A stretch of DNA of 64,000 bases from Mustelus asterias (Eukaryota): assembly GCF_964213995.1 (NCBI RefSeq), contig NC_135830.1:12276001-12340000 (forward strand), given 5' to 3'. The notes beneath the pieces were generated by a model. That model worked only from the letters and a program-made list of their open reading frames with translations. It was not told the origin of the DNA and searched no databases. Below, one piece after another: positions 1 to 13,800 of this stretch (positions are counted from its first letter, which is position 1; each line of letters opens with the position of its first letter). The position numbers and the translations under genes were made by a program.

Positions 1-73
1 GAGCCCATCATGAGGATACCAGCTCCCCATGGCAGATCCCGCCAATTGGAGCCAATTTATTTTTTAAAGTCTC

Positions 74-3000
74 TCATAGCAGGAAGGGCTTGGCTCTTAG
101 TGAGCAATTAATGGAGGGGTCACCTGTGGTTGTCCCCCTCCAAAACAAGTATATTGCTTTGGATAGTGTGGAGGAGGATGACTCTCCAGGGGTAAGCCAC
201 AGTGACCAGGTCACTGGCACAGAATCAGGTTCTGTGGCCCGGAAAGGAAAGAGAGGAATTCGGAGAGCAATAGTGGTGGGGGATGCGTCGGTTCGAGGCA
301 CGGATAGGCGATTCTGTGGGTGCGAACGGGACTCCAGGATGGTAGTCTGCCTACCTGGTGTTGGGGTACTGGACGTCTCCGAGCGGATAGGAGGCATATT
401 AAAAGGGGAAGATAAAGAAACGGATGTCGTTGTACACATTGGTGCAAATGACGTAGATAGGAAGAGCAGGGGGATCGTACGAGAGCAATTCAGGGAGTTG
501 GGAAATAGGCGAAAAGGTAGGGCCTCCAGGGTAGCAATAGCTGGGCTGCTCCCAATGTCTCGTGCCAGTGAGGCTAGGAATAGGGAGTTAATACAATTGA
601 ACGCTTGGCTAAAGGACTGGTCCAGGAGGGAGGGCTTCATTTTCCTGGATCATTGGGAAGTTTTCAAGAGAGGATGGCACCTGTACAAGAAGGATGGGTC
701 ACAACTAAATTGGAAGGGCACGAATATCCTGGCTGGGAGTTTTGCTCGTGCAGTTCGGGTGGGTTTAAACTAATATGGCAGGGGGGTGGGGATCAAAAAA
801 TTAGGTCTACAAGTGTAGAGGCTGGGGACGAGCTTGGGGCCAGGACAAGGCTGGCAAAGAAGAAGAGCACTCTGGGGGAGGATGAACTCACTGGGCCTGG
901 AGGTCTGGAGTGCCTCTACTTCAAAGCAAGGAGCGTAGCAGGTAAGACAGACGAACTTAGGGCCTTCATGCTTACGAAGAATTTGGATGTAGTTGCGGTG
1001 ACAGAGACTTGGTTGAAAGAGAGACAGGACTGGCAGCTGAATATTCCGGGGTACAAGTGTTTTAGGCGAGACAGAGGAGGGGCCAAAAGAGGTGGGGGAG
1101 TAGCAGTATTCGTTAGAGAACATATTACAGCGGTGCAGAGGGAGGACAATTCAGAGGGGTCGTGTAACGAGTCACTGTGGGTGGAGCTCAGAAACAGGAA
1201 GGGCGCAGTCACTATGTTGGGGATATACTACAGGCCCTCCAACAGCCCAAGGGAAGTGGAAGAACGGATATGTCAGGAGATACTGGATAGGTGCAGGAAA
1301 AAATAGGGTTGTTGCAGTGGGAGACTTCAATTTCCCTGGTATAGAATGGAAATCGCTTAGAGCTGGGACTCTCAATGGGGAGGAATTTGTAAAATGCGTA
1401 CAGGAAGGTTCTTTGGAACAATATGTAGATAGCCCGACTAGAGAGGGGGCTATACTGGACCTAGTACTGGGGAATGAGCCCGGTCAGGTCTTCAAAGTTT
1501 CAGTAGGAGAACATGTGGCAAATAGTGACCACAATTCTGTTAGCTTTAGGATAGCGATGGAAAAGGATGAGTGGTGTCCCAAGGGTAAGGTGGTGAATTG
1601 GGGGAAGGCTAACTTTAGTGGGATTAGGCAGAAATTGGCAGTTGTTGATTGGGAGAGGCTGTTTGAGGGTAAATCCACAACTGGCATGTGGGAGTCTTTT
1701 AAGGAACAGTTGTTAGGGCTGCAGGACAGGCATGTGCCTGTAAAAAAGAAGGATAGGAAGGGTAGGATTCGAGAACCGTGGATAAACAGGGAAATTGAGG
1801 GACTGGTCAAAAAGAAAAGGGAGGCGTACGTTAGGTCCAGGCAGTTAAAAACGGAGGGAGCTCTGGAGGAATACAAAGAAAGTCGGAAAGAACTCAAAAG
1901 AGGAATTAGAAGGGCAAAAAGGGGTCACGAAATGTTCTTGGCAGACAGGATTAAGGAGAATCCCAAGGCATTTTATTCATACGTTAGGAACAAAAGGGGT
2001 GTCAGGGAAAAAATCAGACCTCTCAGGGACAAAAGTGGGGAATTATGCTCAGAGCCCAAAGAAGTAGGGGAGATCCTAAATGAATACTTTGCGTTGGTAT
2101 TCACAAAGGAGAGGGATGTGTTGACTGGGAGTGTCTCGGAGGGGAGTGTTGAACCATTAGAGAAAATCTCCACTACAAGGGAGGAAGTGTTAGGTTTTTT
2201 AGAGAATATAAAGACTGACAAGTCCCCAGGGCCTGATGGAATCTATCCAAGGCTGCTCAGGGAGACGAGAGATAAAATCGCTGGGCCTCTGACGCAAATC
2301 TTTATCTCATCACTGGACACAGGTGAGGTCCCAGAGGATTGGAGGATAGCTAATGTGGTCCCGTTATTTAAGAAGGGTAGGAAGGATAACCCGGGTAATT
2401 ATAGGCCGGTGAGCTTGACGGCCATGGTAGGGAAGTTGTTGGAGAGAATTCTTAGAGATAGGATGTATGCACATTTAGAAAGGAATAAACTCATTAACGA
2501 TAGTCAGCATGGTTTTGTGAGAAGGAGGTCATGCCTCACTAACCTGGTGGAGTTTTTTGAAGAAGTGACTAGAATGGTTGACGAGGGAAGGGCCGTGGAT
2601 GTCGTCTCTATGGACTTTAGTAAAGCGTTTGACAAAGTCCCTCACGGTAGGCTGGTGCAAAAGGTTGGATCTCATGGGATAAAGGGGGAGGTGGCTAGAT
2701 GGGTGGAGAACTGGCTTGTCACAGAAGACAGAGGGTGGGAGTGGAAGGGTCTTTTACCGGCTGGAGGCCTGTGACGAGTGGTGTTCCGCAGGGCTCTGTA
2801 TTGGGACCTCTGCTGTTTGTGATTTACATAAACGATCTGGAAGAAGATGTAACTGGGGTGATCAGTAAGTTTGCGGACGACACGAAATTGGCTGGAATTG
2901 GCGATAGTGAGGAACATTGTCAGAGACTACAGATGGATATAGATCGGCTGGAAATTTGGGCAAAGAAATGGCAGATGGAGTTCAAACCAGATCAATGCGA

Positions 3001-3778
3001 AGTGATGCATTTTGGTAGAGCTAATGTAGGGGGGAGCAATGCGATAAATGGCAGAATCATAAAGGGTGTAGATACGCAGAGGGACCTGGGTGTGCAATTC
3101 CACAGATCCTTGAAGGTGACGTCACAGGTGGAGAAGGTGGTGAAAAAGGCATATGGCATGCTAGCCTTTATAGGACGGGGTATAGAGTATAAAGGTTGGG
3201 ATCTGATGTTGCAGATGCATAGAACGTTGGTTCGGCCGCATTTGGAATACTGCATCCAGTTCTGGTCGCCACACTACCAGAAGGACTTGGAGGCTTTAGA
3301 GAGAGTGCAGAGGAGGTTTACCAGGATGTTGCCTGGTTTGGAGGGGCTTAGTTATGAGGAGAGATTGAGTAAACTGGGGTTGTTTTCACTGGAAAGACGG
3401 AGGATGAGGGGAGACCTAATAGAGGTGTATAAAATTATGAAAGACATAGATAGGGTGAACGGTGGGAAGCTTTTTCCCAGGCCGGTGGTGACGTTCACGA
3501 GGGGTCATAGGTTCAAGGTGAGAGGCGGGGGGGAGGTTTAACATGGATATCAGAAGGACATATTTTACACAGAGGGTGGTGGGGGCCTGGAATGCGCTGC
3601 CAGGCAAGGTGGTGGAGGTGGGCACACTGGGAACGTTTAAGACTTATCTCGATAGCCACATGAACGGAGTGGGTATGGAGGGATACAAAAGAATGGTCTA
3701 GTTTGGACCAGGGAGCGGCGGGGGCTTGGAGGGCCGAAGGGCCTCTTCCTGTACCGTATTGTTCTTTGTTCTTTGTTG
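74..3778 (+). mobile_element. CR1-clade LINE, 5'-truncated in ORF1; ORF1 esterase part (90-773) and frameshifted ORF2 (APE endonuclease + RT)
   Basis: ORF1 has SGNH/GDSL-like motifs (IVVGDASVRG, VVHIGAND). ORF2 pieces carry VAVTETWL, GDFNFP, SDHN, GVPQGSVLGP and FADD. The 3' tail is (GTTCTTT)n. Confidence 0.95.
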
Positions 3779-4510
3779 AAAAAAGCTTCTGACTACCCAC
3801 TCTGTCCATGCCCCTCATAATCTTGCACATTTTTATCAGGTCACCCCTCAACCTCCGTCGTTCCAGTGAGAACAACGCAAGTTTCTCCAACCTCCCCTCA
3901 TAACTAATGCCCTCCATACCAGGCACCATCCCGGTAAATCTTTTATGTACCCTCTCCAAAGCCTCCACATCTTTCTGGTAGTGTAGCGACCAGAATTGAA
4001 CACTATATTCCAAGTGCGGCCTAACTAAGGTTCTATAAGCTGCAACATGACTTGCCAATTTTTAAATTCAATGCCCCGGCTGATGAAGGCAAGCATGCCG
4101 TATGCCTTCTTGACTACCTTTTCCACCTGGGTTGCCACTTTCAATGACCTTTACACCTGATCCCTCTGCTATCAATACTCTTCAGGGTTCTGCCCTTTAC
4201 TGTATATTTCCTATCTGCATTATACCTTCCAAAATGCATTACCTCACATTTGTCCGGATTGAGCTCCATCTGCCATCTCTCCGCTCAAGCCTGTAACCGA
4301 ACTATATCCTGCTGCATCCTCAGATGGTCCTCATCGCTATCTGCAGGTCTACCAATCCGCAAATCTACCAACCTTTGTTTCGTCTGCAAACTTACTAATC
4401 AATCCGGTTACATTTTCTTCCAAATCATTTATATATATTACAAACAGCAAAGTCCCAGCACTGATCCCTGAGGAACGCCACTTGTCACAGCCCTCCATTC
4501 AGAAACACTT
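3779..4510 (-). mobile_element. CR1 LINE 3' RT fragment (older, degenerate)
   Basis: Minus-strand translation gives RTLVRPHLEYSVQFWS..ERRRLRGDL. It abuts the tail of the previous element. Confidence 0.85.
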
Positions 4511-5204
4511 TTATTTTAGTGGTCTAACCATTATAATGCCGTCCCCCCACTCACATCCTCCCCCACCCCCACCCCCCCCCCCCCCCCCCCGCCCCACCCC
4601 CCTCCCCAACCCGCCGAAAAATATGACAACGAAAAACAATGGAAGTTAAGGTAATTCCTGATAGGAATAACGAATTGAAGAGCTAACTGGTCACCTGGAA
4701 GCGAGAAGAACCCAAAAACGTTCCCAATACCCAAAGCGAAACGCTGCTCCTGTGCCTGGTTTGACTACATTGGCTGCAGCAGTGATTAGGGCCATTTGGA
4801 ATGGGCTATAAACGTTAGCCAGGCCAGCGACTCCCACACACAATGTATTTGTTGCTTCACCCAGCGGTACGTGCATTTCCGGCAGTGCCAGAATGTATTT
4901 CCCATCCCGAATCACCATTGAACCGCGTGGCTTGCATTGACCATGGTGTTGTACTTGAAGTCTCATGTAGTGAACCAGATGGGTTTTAACAACAATTGAC
5001 TCATGGTTCGATTGTTGAATTCCAGGTTGCTTTTATTGAATTCAGATTTCTCCAGTTGCCATGGCAGGAATTCAATCCTCATGTGTGTCCAAAGCTTTAG
5101 CCCTGGCTTTCTGGATTAATCGTCATGCCGTTACAGCACCCCTGAAGGGGGAGGGAGGAACAATTGATCATGGTGGGTTTTGTGCCCGTGTTCACCATAG
5201 AATA

Positions 5205-5530
5205 TAATAATAGAATCGTAAAAACCATACACTGCAGAAAGTGGCCGTTCGGCCCATCGAGTCTGCACTGATTCTCCGAAAGAGAAATCAACCCAGACCC
5301 TCCCCTCTGCCCACGGTCAATCCACCTAACCTGCTCATCTGTGGGCACAAAGGTGCATTTTGCCATGGCCAATCTACCCAATCTGCACATCCTTGGACTG
5401 AGGGAGACCAGAGCACCCGGATGAAACCCACGCAGACACGGCGAGAACGTGCAAACTCAACACAGGCAGCCACCCAAGGCTGGAATCGAACCCGTACCTC
5501 TGGCACTGCAGAGCTAACCACTGTGCCGAG
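5205..5530 (-). mobile_element. HE1-like V-SINE (tRNA-derived head, CR1-like tail)
   Basis: Reverse complement reads GCACAGTGGTTAGC..GGTTCGATTCC (A/B boxes) followed by the V-domain GAGTTTGCACGTTCTC..GTGTCTGCGTGGG. Confidence 0.8.
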
Positions 5531-6439
5531 GACTCTGGATGACTTGCCCAGAGACCGCTCCCCCGAGCAACAAACCCATAAAACTTTCGTGTGACTTCTC
5601 AACCTGTACTTGATATTTTAAGAGGAATGATCCAGCTCTCTAACAGGAATGGCACAAATTACACTTCTCAGTCTCGAAGTCCATGCTCTGAATTTCCTAT
5701 CAGGTGTTGATTTTCTTTTGCTTCTCGGCAGTAGGGGGGTTAATCGACTTTGGCTTGCTTATTTTGATAGAAACTGTTGAGATAAAATGATACATGCGTT
5801 CACTGCTGATTGGGGGAACCAGGGTCTGGTTGACAAGGCGACCAACGGCAGCAGGATGTGGGCCGAGTGTGCGGTTTCAGTCAAGAGGTCGCTGAGCCTC
5901 TCAGTTTACTCAAAGACCAGAACGTGTGGTTTAATCACCCGGGACTGGAAACTCCAGCAGCGAGGTGGCAGTTAGGCAGTGCGGGGGGAGGGGTGAGAGG
6001 CCAGATGTTGCCAACTGTCGACAAGCATGAATCTTTTCAGAGACTTTCCCAGCGACTGAAGCTGCAGTAGATTTCTGCAGACGACAGTTCCAAAGGCACA
6101 CAGGCATCTGAGAGAATAAACAATTATTTTCTTCGCCCTCTTTCCTATCTGTCCCGCAAAGGTTAAACATTCCGTCAGCTTCCACCCTCACACCGCTGGC
6201 CCCATTACCCCTCCGAACCCCCACCTCCCCACAACAACCGCCCCCCCCCCCGCCCAAAAAAGATCATATATGTTTCAAAAAATCATCACTCAATCTTCTG
6301 CACTCCAATGGACTCTGTCCGATCTTTCCTGTATAACCCCATTCCAACTCCCCAATTCAGTCGAGCTTCCCCGCCTTAAGAAAGAAAATCTGCGGTCTTT
6401 ACGCCGTCTGGCTTTCATGACTCCTGACACGCAGTATTG

Positions 6440-6760
6440 TTTATTCATTCATGGAACATGGGCGTTTATTGCCCATCTCCAGTTGCCCTTGGAGGGCAGT
6501 TGACAGTCAACCACATTGATGTGGCTCTAGACTCACGTGTTGGCCAAACCAGGTAAGCACGGCAGATTTCCTTCCCCAAAGGACATCGTGACCCAACTGT
6601 TTTTTTTCTGACAATTGGCAATGATTTTACTGTCATCAGTAGATTCGAAATTTCAGATATTTTTATTGAATTGTGTTTCAAACACGGGACCCCAGAACAT
6701 TAGCTGAGTTTTTGGATTGATACTCGAGCGATAATATCACTACGCCATTCCCTCCCCTGG
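6440..6760 (-). mobile_element. Deu-domain-type SINE (SacSINE1-like), degenerate
   Basis: Shares the GGAAGGAAATCTGCC..CCTGGTCTGGCC..GTGACTCCAG..AATGTGGTTGACT core with copies near 33560-33870, 35040-35395, 40530-40900, 45500-45770 and 52690-52990. Family name is from recall. Confidence 0.6.
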
Positions 6761-6814
6761 GGAGATGGCCATTAGCAAACTATACTGTTCAAGGGAAATT
6801 AGCAAGAGCAACAC

Positions 6815-7005
6815 AAAACCAGAAAATACTGGAAAAGCTCTGCAGCTCTGACATCATCTGTGAAGAGAGAATAGTGTTAGCGTTTCGAGTCCGGATGGCC
6901 CTGACGAATCGTCATCGAGACTCGAAACTTTGGCTCTATTCTCTCTCCACAGATGCTGTCAGACCCACTGAGATATTCCAGAATGTTTTGTTTTTGTTTT
7001 GGATT
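6815..7005. mobile_element. Penelope-like inverted-repeat remnant
   Basis: Imperfect palindrome centred on GTTTCGAGTC..CTGACGAA..GACTCGAAAC with arms (TGACATCATCTGTGAAGAGAGAATAG / CTATTCTCTCTCCACAGATGCTGTCA). Confidence 0.55.
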
Positions 7006-9144
7006 ATAGAATCCGCAGTAATTTGCGTTTCGGACTCGCAACAATTTTTGGCCTTGCGAATAATACTGATAGCCCAATGAATGAAAATTATTGAGAAAGA
7101 ATCCAAGAATTAACAAGTATCTGTTTAACCGATTCTTCAGGAAGCAACTATTAGTGAATCAAATGAAAGTGTTGCACTCCAGTCAATCCTGTCACTCATC
7201 CGGTTCATACATTAAGGAACGAGGCAATTCGGCCTAACGAGCGCATGCTTGCTATCTCAATGAGCTCAAAAAAACCCACTGCATTTGCCGTTGGCACATG
7301 TCCCTCTGCATGTTATACTTTCGATTTTGTAATCATTCTCTTTTGAAAGTCACCACGGAAATGTTTACTCTGGTCTTTGAGACAATGAATCCCAAACCCT
7401 AACAATTGGCAATGTAAACCCGACTTGCTCATTTTCGATTCCAGGAACAGTTCTTGCTCCGTCTCTTACACGTGCGCCTTACCAAGCCGCCGTGAAATTT
7501 TAATATGTATACAGTAACATACAGGCTACTGAGAAGTAGGAGTTGGTCACTTCCGGCCTGCTCTGCCAGTAAATAAGATTATGGCCGATCTCATTATAAG
7601 CTTCTGCCAACACTGATCACCTTTCACCCTCCTTGTTCACTAAGAATCTAGCTCCTTCTGCCTTTAAAAATATTGAAAGACTGCTTCCACTGCCTTCTGA
7701 GGAAGGGACTTCCAGGGACACATGACCCTCTGAGAGGAAAACCTCCCCACTCTTCCTCTCCTAAACGTGCGACCCCTTATTTGTAAAGAGTGCCCTTGGG
7801 GCTTCAGTGGAGCATTGCAGCAGGCTAAGGAGGGACTCGTAGGCAGGAAGAGTGAAGATGAAAACAGGTTGTGCGTTGGAATTCTCGAAATGAGCCACGC
7901 ATTTCTTTTCAGGGAAGAAACCAGCGTGAACGTAAGAGGCCAAAGTGCAGCATTTCTGACAAAAACAGGAAACGCTGCTTGCATCATGCCAGCCAGTAAC
8001 TGTGCAAGTGAGAAACCGAGTTAAGGTTTCAGATTGATGTCTTTGCATGAGGGCTGGAAGATGTAAGAGATGACGAGTTATTTATATTCTTCCGCCCTAT
8101 GTGGTTGCTGCAGCCTCTCGCCTCTTGTCTCACTAAACATTTCAGAAGATAGCTAAATGTCGGCCACATTTCTCTAGGTCTTTTCTCACACATAGTCCAG
8201 GTTGTCGGCAGATTTCCTTTCTGAAAGAACATAAAAACTAGAAGCAGGAATAGGCCATCTGGCCCTCCGAGCCTGATCCGCCATTCAATAAGATTATGGC
8301 TGATTTTTTCATGGGCTCAGCTCCGCTTACCCGCCCGCTCACCATAACCCTGAATTCCTTTACTGCTCAAAAATCTATCTTTACCTTAAAAACGCTTAAC
8401 GATGTAGCCTCAACTGCTTCACTGGGCAGGGATTTATACAGATTCACAGCCATTTAGGTGAAGAGGTTCCTCCTCAACACAGTCCAAAATCTCCTCATCT
8501 TTATTTTGAGGTCTTGTCCCTTAGTTCTAATTTCATTTGCTATGGAAACAACCTCCTTGCTTCTATCTTATCTATTCCTTTCATAATTGTATGCGTTTCT
8601 ATAAGAACCCCCATTTTCTTCCAAACTCCATTGAGCATTGATACAGCATTGCTGCGCAGAATGTGCTTATGCAACAACGGATGACAGTTTTCTTAAGTTC
8701 TCTATTATTCAGCCGAATTTTCAAATCTGCATTTTTATTAATTAAATTTAAATTCCACCTGTCATCGTTGGTGGGATTTGAACTCGTGTTTCCAGAGCAC
8801 CAGATAATACTTCCCCGAGCCACAGCCATTACCACGGTAAAATCACAAGGGCAGTAGATACCTGAGGACACAATCAAAAGGAGATTCACCGTCCAAGTCA
8901 CTCACCATCCCGACTTGGAAATATATCGGCAGTTCCTTCAGTACTGCTGGGTCATAATCCTGGAATTGTCAGAAATGTATATCTTTCAATGAGATCTCCC
9001 ATTCTTCAGAATTTAATTGAATGCACACCTCAATCTCTCCTCAAAGGACAATGCTTACATCCCAAGTATCAGTCTGGTGAACTTGTGGTGCACCCCATCT
9101 ATAACAAGTATGTTCTTTCTCGCCTTCCTATCTAAACCCAGATT

Positions 9145-9450
9145 GGCGGGACATTGACATAGTGGTTAGCACTGCTGCATCATAGCACCAGGGACCCGGG
9201 TTCGATTCCTGGCCTGGGTCACTATCTGTGCGGAGTGTGCACGTTGTCCCCGTGTCTGCTTAGGTTTTCTCCGGGTGCTCCGGTTTCCTCCTACAGTCTG
9301 AAAGATGTACTGGTTAGGTGCATTGACCAAGCTAAATTCTACATCAATGTACTGGAGCAGGCGCCGGAGTGTGACGACTAGAGGATTTTCACAGTGACAT
9401 TATTGCAGTATTAATGTAAGCCTACCTGTGACACAAATAAATAAACTTAA
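9145..9450 (+). mobile_element. V-SINE (HE1-related head, different 3' tail)
   Basis: GTGGTTAGCACTGCT..GGGTTCGATTCC..V-domain, ending AATAAATAAAC. Confidence 0.75.
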
Positions 9451-10054
9451 AAGTTATTGTTGAATGCAAAAATTCACATTGCATTCGGTGCACTGAGGGT
9501 GCTGGGTGGGGAATTGGATTGTACCCGTGTGCCCATAATATTAGTCTGGGACTCTCCAGTGACATGGTCACTGTCCTACGATCTCCACCTTCCAAATATG
9601 TTATTCAGATTTGAATTAATTATTGAGCAACCTATATGAATGCATGAACATTTCTGTTTCAGTGTCCAGATGCGCCCTACGTCCGCCCCCTGCTGACTGC
9701 CCATTGCACAGCGGGAACAGGCGGATGCCACGATTCTCTCTGTCTTTCCTCTGGATGACCAGAGGTGCAGAAAATAATACAACTCAAACATTAGGCTGCA
9801 AACGGCAAGAACCATAAGTACAACTGCAGAGTCCAAAAGCAGAAAGAAAGGCACATTCTGGGCTGTTTCGACGGTTTCAGGACATGGAAATTGATCTGTT
9901 CTTATGTGTGCTGTAGATTTGAACCTAACGGCTCAGCGCTGAAAGAGTTAATCGAAAAGTGAGCATGCGATGAGCAGGAGCTACTGTAAGTGCTTCAGTG
10001 CAAGGGAGCCCCATCAGTAAGACCAGAACCTTGCAGTCATGGAGTATAGTGAGG

Positions 10055-10810
10055 AATCTCTCTCACTCTCTCTCTCAAGCACACATACTCTCACACACGC
10101 ACATACACACACTCAAACAAACACGCACACAGAAAAACGCACACTCAGACATGCACACACACTCAGGTAAACGCGCACACACACTCAGACAATCAGAAAC
10201 AAACACACATACAAACACGCACCCAAACGCTCAGACAAATACACGCACACAAACACACACCCATAGGCATACACACACACTCAGACAAAAATGCAAACTC
10301 TCTTAGACAAAAGCTGACACACACACAATCACAGACGTAGACAAAGACACACAGATTACCTCAGGCAAAATGACACACACACATATATACACGCACACAC
10401 ACAGATACATACATGCACACAAGCACATGCATAGATACTCACACTGTCAGATAAACACACACACAGGCGCACACACACACACATTGACAAGCAAACACAA
10501 ACACACACTCTCAGACAACACAAATATACACACACTCAAACAAGCACATAGAAACACACACACTCTCATAGAGCAGACACAAATGCTCAGACAAACTCAG
10601 ACACACATACACACACGCTGCCTTTCAGCTAAATACACACACTCAGACACACACAAACAGAATCTCAGAAATCATACACACGGATACACCCACACAGAGC
10701 CCCAGACAGACACACACATGCAGTATCAAAAGAACATGCAGAGAAAGATATACACTGTTGCTCAGGGAAAACAAAAAAACATACACAGACCCACACACAC
10801 AGAAACAGAA
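10055..10810. repeat. CA/CAGA-rich low-complexity tract
   Basis: Degenerate (CA)n with recurring CTCAGACA. It accounts for the spurious His/Thr-rich ORFs. Confidence 0.9.
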
Positions 10811-13800
10811 AAAATAGAAACCGGAAAAGGCCTTTCGGCCTTTCGAGCCTTCTTCGCCACTCATTATGATCATGGATGATCATCAAATTGAATATCCTGA
10901 TCGTGCCTTCCCTCCAGATCCCTTGCTCCCTTTAGCCCCAAGAGCTATATCTAATTTCTTCTTGAAATCCAGCAACGTTTTGGTCATAATCACTTCCTGT
11001 GCTAGTGAATTCCACAGATTCACCACTGTCTGGGTGATGAAGTTTCTCTTCACCTCAGTTCTAAAGGTTTTACCCCTTATCCTCAGACTATGACCCCCTA
11101 GTTCTGGACTCCCCAGCCTTCTGGGATAATCTTTCTGAATTTACCCTGTCTAATAAGAACATAAGAACATAAGAAATAGGAGCAGGAGTAGGCCATCTAG
11201 CCCCTCGAGCCTGCCCCGCCATTCAATAAGATCATGGCTGATCTGACGTGGATCAGTACCACTTACCCGCCTGATCCCCATAACCCTTAATTCCCTTACC
11301 GATCAGGAATCCATCCATCCGCGCTTTAAACATATTCAGCGAGGTAGCCTCCACCACCTCAGTGCGCAGTGAATTCCAGAGATTCACCACCCTCTGGGAG
11401 AAGAAGTTCCTCCTCAACTCTGTCTTAAACCGACCCCCCTTTATTTTGAGGCTGTGTCCTCTAGTTTTAACTTCCTTACTAAGTGGAAAGAATCTCTCCG
11501 CCTCCACCCTATCCAGCCCCCGCATGATCTTATAAGTCTCCATAAGATCCCCCCTCATCCTTCTAAACTCCAACGAGTACAAACCCAATCTCCTCAGCCT
11601 CTCCTCATAATCCAAACCCCTCATCTCCGGTATCAACCTGGTGAACCTTCTCTGCACTCCCTCCAATGCCAATATATCCTTCCTCATATAAGGGGACCAA
11701 TACTGCACACAGTATTCCAGCTGCGGCCTCACCAATGACCTGTACAGGTGCATCAAGACATCCCTGCTTTTATGTTCTATCCCCCTCGCGATATAGGCCA
11801 ACATCCCATTTGCCTTCTTGATCACCTGTTGTACCTGCAGACTGGGCTTTTGTGTCTCATGCACAAGGACCCCCAGGTCCCTTTGCACGGTAGCATGTTT
11901 TAATTTGTTTCCATTGAGATAGTAATCCCATTTGTTATTATTTCCTCCAAAGTGTATAACCTCGCATTTATCAACGTTATGCTCCATTTGCCATATCCTC
12001 GCCCACTCACTCAGCCTGTCCAAATCTCTCTGCAGATCTTCTCCGTCCTCCACACGATTCACTTTTCTACTTATCTTTGTGTCGTCTGCAAACTTCGTTA
12101 CCCTACACTCCGTCCCCTCCTCCAGATCATCTATATAAATGGTAAATAGTTGCGGCCCGAGTACCGATCCCTGCGGCACGCCACTAGTTACCTTCCTCCA
12201 ACCGGAAAAACACCCATTTATTCCGACTCTTTGCTTCCTGTCGGATAGCCAGTCCCCAATCCACTTTAACACACTACCCCCAACTCCGTGTGCCCTAATC
12301 TTCTTCAGCAGCCTTTTATGGGGCACCTTATCAAACGCCTTTTGGAAATCCAAAAACACCGCATCCACTGGTTCTCCTCCATCAACCGCCCTAGTCACAT
12401 CTTCATAAAAATCCAACATGTTCGTCAAGCACGACTTTCCCCTCATGAATCCATGCTGTGTCTGATTGATCGAACCATTTCTATCCAGATGCCCTGCTAT
12501 CTCCTCTTTAATAATGGATTCCAGCATTTTCCCTACTACAGACGTTAAGCTGACCGGCCTATAGTTACCCGCCTTTTGTCTCCTTCCTTTTTTAAACAGC
12601 GGCGTAACATTAGCCGTTTTCCAATCAACCGGCACTACCCCAGAATGCAACGAGTTTTGATAAATAATCACTAACGCATCCACTATTACCTCTGACATTT
12701 CTTTCAATACCCTGGGATGCATTCCATCCGGACCCGGGGACTTGTCCACCTTCAGTCCCATTAGTCTACCCAGCACTGCCTCTCTGGTAACATTAATTGT
12801 ATTAAGTATTTCTCCTGCTGCCAACCCTCTATCGTTAATATTTGGCAAACTATTTGTGTCCTCCACCGTGAAGACCGACACAAAAAACTTATTTAAAGAC
12901 TCAGCCATATCCTCATTTCCCACTATTAACTCCCCCCTCTCGTCCTCCAAGGGTCCAACATTCACTCTAGCCACTCTATTCCTTTTTATATATTTATAAA
13001 AACTTTTACTTTCATTTTTTATATTAATTGCTAGCCGAGCTTCATAGCCTATCCTTCCTTTCTTTATCGCTTTCTTCGTCTCTCTTTTTTGTTTCTTAAA
13101 TTTTTCCCAATCACTTGTTTCTCCACTATTTTTGGCCACTCTGTACGCAGCTGTTTTTATTTTAATACTCTCCTTTATTTCCTTCGTTATCCACGGCTGG
13201 TTCTCCCTTTTCTTACAATCCTTGTTTTTTGCTGGAATATATTTTTGCTGAGAACTGAAAAGGATCTCCTTAAAAACCCTCCACTGTTCCTCAGCTATCC
13301 TACCTGCCAGCTTGCTCTCCCAGTCTACCTTAGCCAATTCATCCCTCATCCTATCATATTTCCCTCTGTTCAAACAGAGGACACTGGTTTGGGACCAAAC
13401 TTTCTCCTCTTCCATCTGAATCAGAAATTCGACCATATTGTGGTCACTAGACCCAAGAGGGTCCTTCACAATAAGATCCTTAATTCTACCTACCTCGTTA
13501 CACAATACCAGATCCAAAATAGCTCGTTCCCTCGTCGGTTCCGTAACATGCTGTTCAAGGAAACTATCCCGACAGCATTCTAAGTACTCTTCCTCCATTC
13601 CACCCTTACCGACTTGAGTCTGCCAGTCGATGTATTTTTAGAATTTTATCAGTCTCTATGAGATTCCCTCTCACTCTTCTAAACTCCACATAATATAATC
13701 CTAACTGACTTCGTCTCTCCTCACACGACAGACCAGGAATCAGTCTGGTAAATCTTCATTGCCCTCGCTCTGCAGTAAGGACATCCTTCCTCAGATAAGG

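Noticed and set aside
5780-6115. Exon-like segment with a good acceptor on the minus strand
   Set aside because: Early stop in the V-compatible phase and no recognisable domain.
9998-10879. His/Thr-rich ORFs (also 15908-16547)
   Set aside because: Translations of CA-rich simple repeats.
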